From assembly GCF_004010195.1 (NCBI RefSeq), contig NC_057753.1, positions 14,649,366 through 14,700,361 on the forward strand: DNA of 50,996 nucleotides, written 5' to 3'. The notes beneath the pieces were generated by a model that had not been told where the DNA came from, did not search any database, and saw only the letters and a list, made by a program, of their open reading frames with translations. Made by a program: the position numbers and the translations under genes. Positions 47,836 through 50,996 of the stretch are shown here, in pieces; position 1 is the stretch's first letter; every line of letters starts with the position of its first letter. This DNA is from Chiloscyllium plagiosum. Lineage: Eukaryota.

Positions 47836-48952
47836 CCTGTTGAACCTACTGCCCCCTGACTCCCTATCTCCTTTGTGCCTTTATTAGACTTTGCATCCGA
47901 CATACATAATAATGTTCAGTCGACAACTGCTTGTGTGAGTGAACCTTGCAGCCTCACTGCTCTCTGGGAAAAGACATTGACCCGGAATTCCTGATTGGAT
48001 TTATTATCTTCCAGAGCAGATTATTTGTTTTCCTCAATCATAGGATTTGAACCCTTATCCTCAGGACATAAGTTTGAGCCTTTGGATGACTGGACATTAT
48101 CACGGCGTGCCCTCGGAATTCTTTACCCAGTCCAGCCTCTCATTGTGCTTAACGGTGGACTCTTAAATGCCCTCAGAAATGGTCTGGCAAACTGCCCAGA
48201 GCAATTGTGGATGTGCAGTAACTTCCAATGATCTTCCGGTGAATTAATTTTTCCCGATCTGCCACTGGCTCCAATCTCACTCCCATCCTTTGTCTGGTAC
48301 AGAGCCCCGAGCCAGGCCCCTAAGCGGGATTCACTACAAGTTCTAACAACCTCTCTGCCTCTTGATTCTATGTAGCTGGAATCGAAGTGGTTGTGCGTTG
48401 TTATCGAAACGTTCCGAGAGATTGAAAGCGTCTTGTCACTTTTTCTCTTCGCCACCTTCGCTCCAACGAGAGTTGCCTTCCAGGCTGTCTTTCTGACCCT
48501 CTGCCCAGAGGCCAGTGCGTGGTCCACTGTTGAAGACATTGAGATTGAGATTGGACCTTCAGGGCCAATGGGCGTGGGATGGTGACCGCGATCATACGGA
48601 GTCTTGTTCAATTTTTTTTGTTGTTGTGAATCTACTGCCATATGACAAATGAAATGGTTAACGGAAGAAGATCAAGTCTCCTGCGATAATAAAAATGAAG
48701 CAAGGGTGGGAAGAGAGGACGAGGACTAAATTAAAATGGGGATGTGGAAAGGGGGAAATAACTCCGAACCCCTGGTTTGTGAAAGCTGGTGTGAATTTGG
48801 TGAGCGTGTATGATTTCCTGCTGTTTGGTGATTTGTGTATCTCAAACATCCCCACCCCCACAACCAAATCTCTCAGTAGATCCGATACCATTTGTTGCCA
48901 GCTGCATCTTCTGGGAATGATGCACCCAGATATTTGGGAGGGCTGTCTTTTA

Positions 48953-49665
48953 CAGAGCTGGAAAAGCGCAGCAGGTCAGGCAGCATCCGAGGAGCAGGAG
49001 AATCGATGTTTCAGACAAGAGCCCTTCTTCAGGAATGAGGAGGGTGTGCCAAGCGGGCTGAGATAAAAGATAGGGAGGAGGGACTTGGGGGAGGGGCGTT
49101 GGGAATGCGATAGGTGGAANNNNNNNNNNNNNNNNNNNNNNNNNNNNNNNNNNNNNNNNNNNNNNNNNNNNNNNNNNNNNNNNNNNNNNNNNNNNNNNNN
49201 NNNNNNNNNNNNNNNNNNNNNNNNNNNNNNNNNNNNNNNNNNNNNNNNNNNNNNNNNNNNNNNNNNNNNNNNNNNNNNNNNNNNNNNNNNNNNNNNNNNN
49301 NNNNNNNNNNNNNNNNNNNNNNNNNNNNNNNNNNNNNNNNNNNNNNNNNNNNNNNNNNNNNNNNNNNNNNNNNNNNNNNNNNNNNNNNNNNNNNNNNNNN
49401 NNNNNNNNNNNNNNNNNNNNNNNNNNNNNNNNNNNNNNNNNNNNNNNNNNAGGTGAGGGGGGAGGTGTGGGCGCAAGTCTTGCACCTCCTGCGGTTGCAG
49501 GGGAAGGTGCCGGGAGTGGAGGTTGGGTTGGTGGCGGGGGGTTGTGGACCTGACGAGGGAGTCGCGGAGGGCGTGGTCTTTTCGGAATGCTGATAGGGGA
49601 GGGGAGGGAAATATATCCTTGGTGGTGGGGTCCGTTTGGAGGTGGCGGAAATGACGGCGGATTTT
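48953..49665 (-). mobile_element. Penelope-like element 3' part (pre-GIY-YIG region + terminal repeat with hammerhead-like core), interrupted by a gap
   Basis: IRRHFRHLQTDPTTKDIFPSPPLSAFRKDH..RDSLV; PGTFPCNRRRCKTCAH; CTGAAGA at 49026-49032(-) and GAAA at 49009-49012(-). Confidence 0.82.
49120..49450. other. Assembly gap (331 N)
   Basis: Run of n. Confidence 1.
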
Positions 49666-50483
49666 ACAGTGGCACATTTGTAAGGAGAAAGCTCTCTGTC
49701 TCTACCTTGGCTCCTGGACTCGACTGTAGCTGAAAATCGCCCTTCAGCCGACTCCACTTTGTTTCATAATTTAAAAAGAATCACGTGGATTTGTCCAGTC
49801 ATTATGTCGCGGCTTGTAGGAGAGTAGGAACCAGCCACTGTCTTTCCTGTGTTAACTGCAGGGTGGGAACTGAAAGGATGACTTCATTTGGACTGCAACG
49901 TGCTTCCGAGATGCACTGGAATGGCGATCAGCGCTATGTGAATGAAAGCTTTTTTTTCTTTCTCAGTATATATTTATTGTACATTGACAATTCCGTCTTC
50001 CCCCATGTATGTCCCCACGTTAATGCAATAAACTGTGAATCGATCCAAAGCACTATTCGCCATATCGTCCTGATGAAACCCCCACTGCGGCTGTGTAGAA
50101 TTTATTGGTGTTTGTGCTGTAATGTGAGACTTCTCCCAGCTGCCCTTGCATCTCTGTTGACCAATATCTTCCTGATCCCTGACCGTGCACGATGGCCGAG
50201 CCAGCGACGTCCAGAAAAGAATCATGTTAGAGACAAAAGCACCTGTATTTTGTCATCTCCACGTGACGGATGTCAGAAACAGGAGTTGCTCTGCCATTCA
50301 AGAGGATGAGAGGTGATCAGCAATTCTCACATCTACTGTGGCCTTTTGCCCAGAAAACTTCAAACACTGACTAATCGAGACGGATGTGTTCCCCTGTAAA
50401 CAGACAGGCAGCCAGCAGATAATTTGATTTTCTTTTTACCCCATTTCCACACTACTGCCTAGCTGCGGTACTGCTTATATTTC

Positions 50484-50545
50484 GAGGAGAAAGTGAGGAC
50501 TGCAGAGGCTGGAGATCAGAGCTGAAAATGGGTTGCTGGAAAAGC
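50484..50545. mobile_element. Short Penelope-like terminal fragment
   Basis: GAGGAGAAAGTGAGGACTGCAGAGGCTGGAGATCAGAGCTGAAAATG matches the start of the 34204 insert. Confidence 0.65.
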
Positions 50546-50678
50546 TTGTATTTCCCCCAGCACCGTGTTGTGTCTTTGCAGGCAGACGATGTGATGCGGA
50601 CCAGTGATGCCCTTTTCCTGATTCTTGTTATCGATAAATGTAGGAGTTTCCAAAAAAGAGTAGTACGCTCTGCAAGAT

Positions 50679-50996
50679 GAGCGGGTGCTGTCGGAGGGTC
50701 AGTGCTGAGGGAGCGGGCACGGTCGGAGGGTCAGTGCTGAGGGAGTGGGCACTGTCGGGGGGTCAGTGCTGAGGGAGTGACCACTGTCGGAGGGTCAGTG
50801 CTGAGGGAGCGGGCCCTGTCGGAGGGTCAGTGCTGAGGGAGCGGGCACTGTCGGAGATCAGTGCTGAGGGAGTGGGCCCTGTCGGAGGGTCAGTGCTGAG
50901 GGAGTGGGCCCTGTCGGAGGGTCAGTGCTGAGGGAGTGGGCACTGTCGGAGGGTCAGTGCTGAGGGAGTGGTCACTGTCGGAGGGTCAGTGCTGAG
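50679..50996. repeat. 32-bp minisatellite, ~10 copies, running off the window end
   Basis: Unit GTCGGAGGGTCAGTGCTGAGGGAGTGGGC(A/C)CT. Confidence 0.95.

Noticed and set aside
50679..50996. Satellite as an Ig switch-like region
   Set aside because: It resembles a widespread elasmobranch minisatellite; nothing here links it to recombination

Overview
Vertebrate genomic DNA, almost certainly from a cartilaginous fish (HE1-type SINEs, CR1/HER1-type LINEs, Penelope-like elements and a 32-bp GA-rich satellite). Positions 1 to ~44.3 kb are a + strand cluster of antigen-receptor J gene segments. I read 60 J loci by eye (one is a double J), of which about 48 look intact. Each intact J has nonamer + 12-bp spacer + heptamer, an F-G-x-G-T motif and a phase-1 GT donor. 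The number of Js, the 12-RSS and the absence of interspersed D or C exons point to the T-cell receptor alpha J (TRAJ) region. Most of the cluster is a tandem amplification of a ~1.37-kb cassette carrying one family-A J (RSS GGTTTTTGT-caggaagtgtag-GGCTGTG; FGGGTRLIVEP) and one family-B J (GGTTTTTGC-tgaggggcgcag-TGCTGTG; FGEGTKLTVEP). The array shows higher-order repeats, microhomology deletions, an RSS-less J-J fusion and divergence concentrated in the CDR3 codons. Five divergent Js lie at the 3' end. The last J sits between two inverted SINEs, each expanded by a 52-bp tandem repeat. Several Penelope-derived inserts carry minimal hammerhead-ribozyme cores. I recognised no constant exon; there are three N gaps. 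Nearly all entries in the ORF track are artefacts of repeats or of J read-through. J numbers (J0-J59) are local labels; coordinates were counted by hand.
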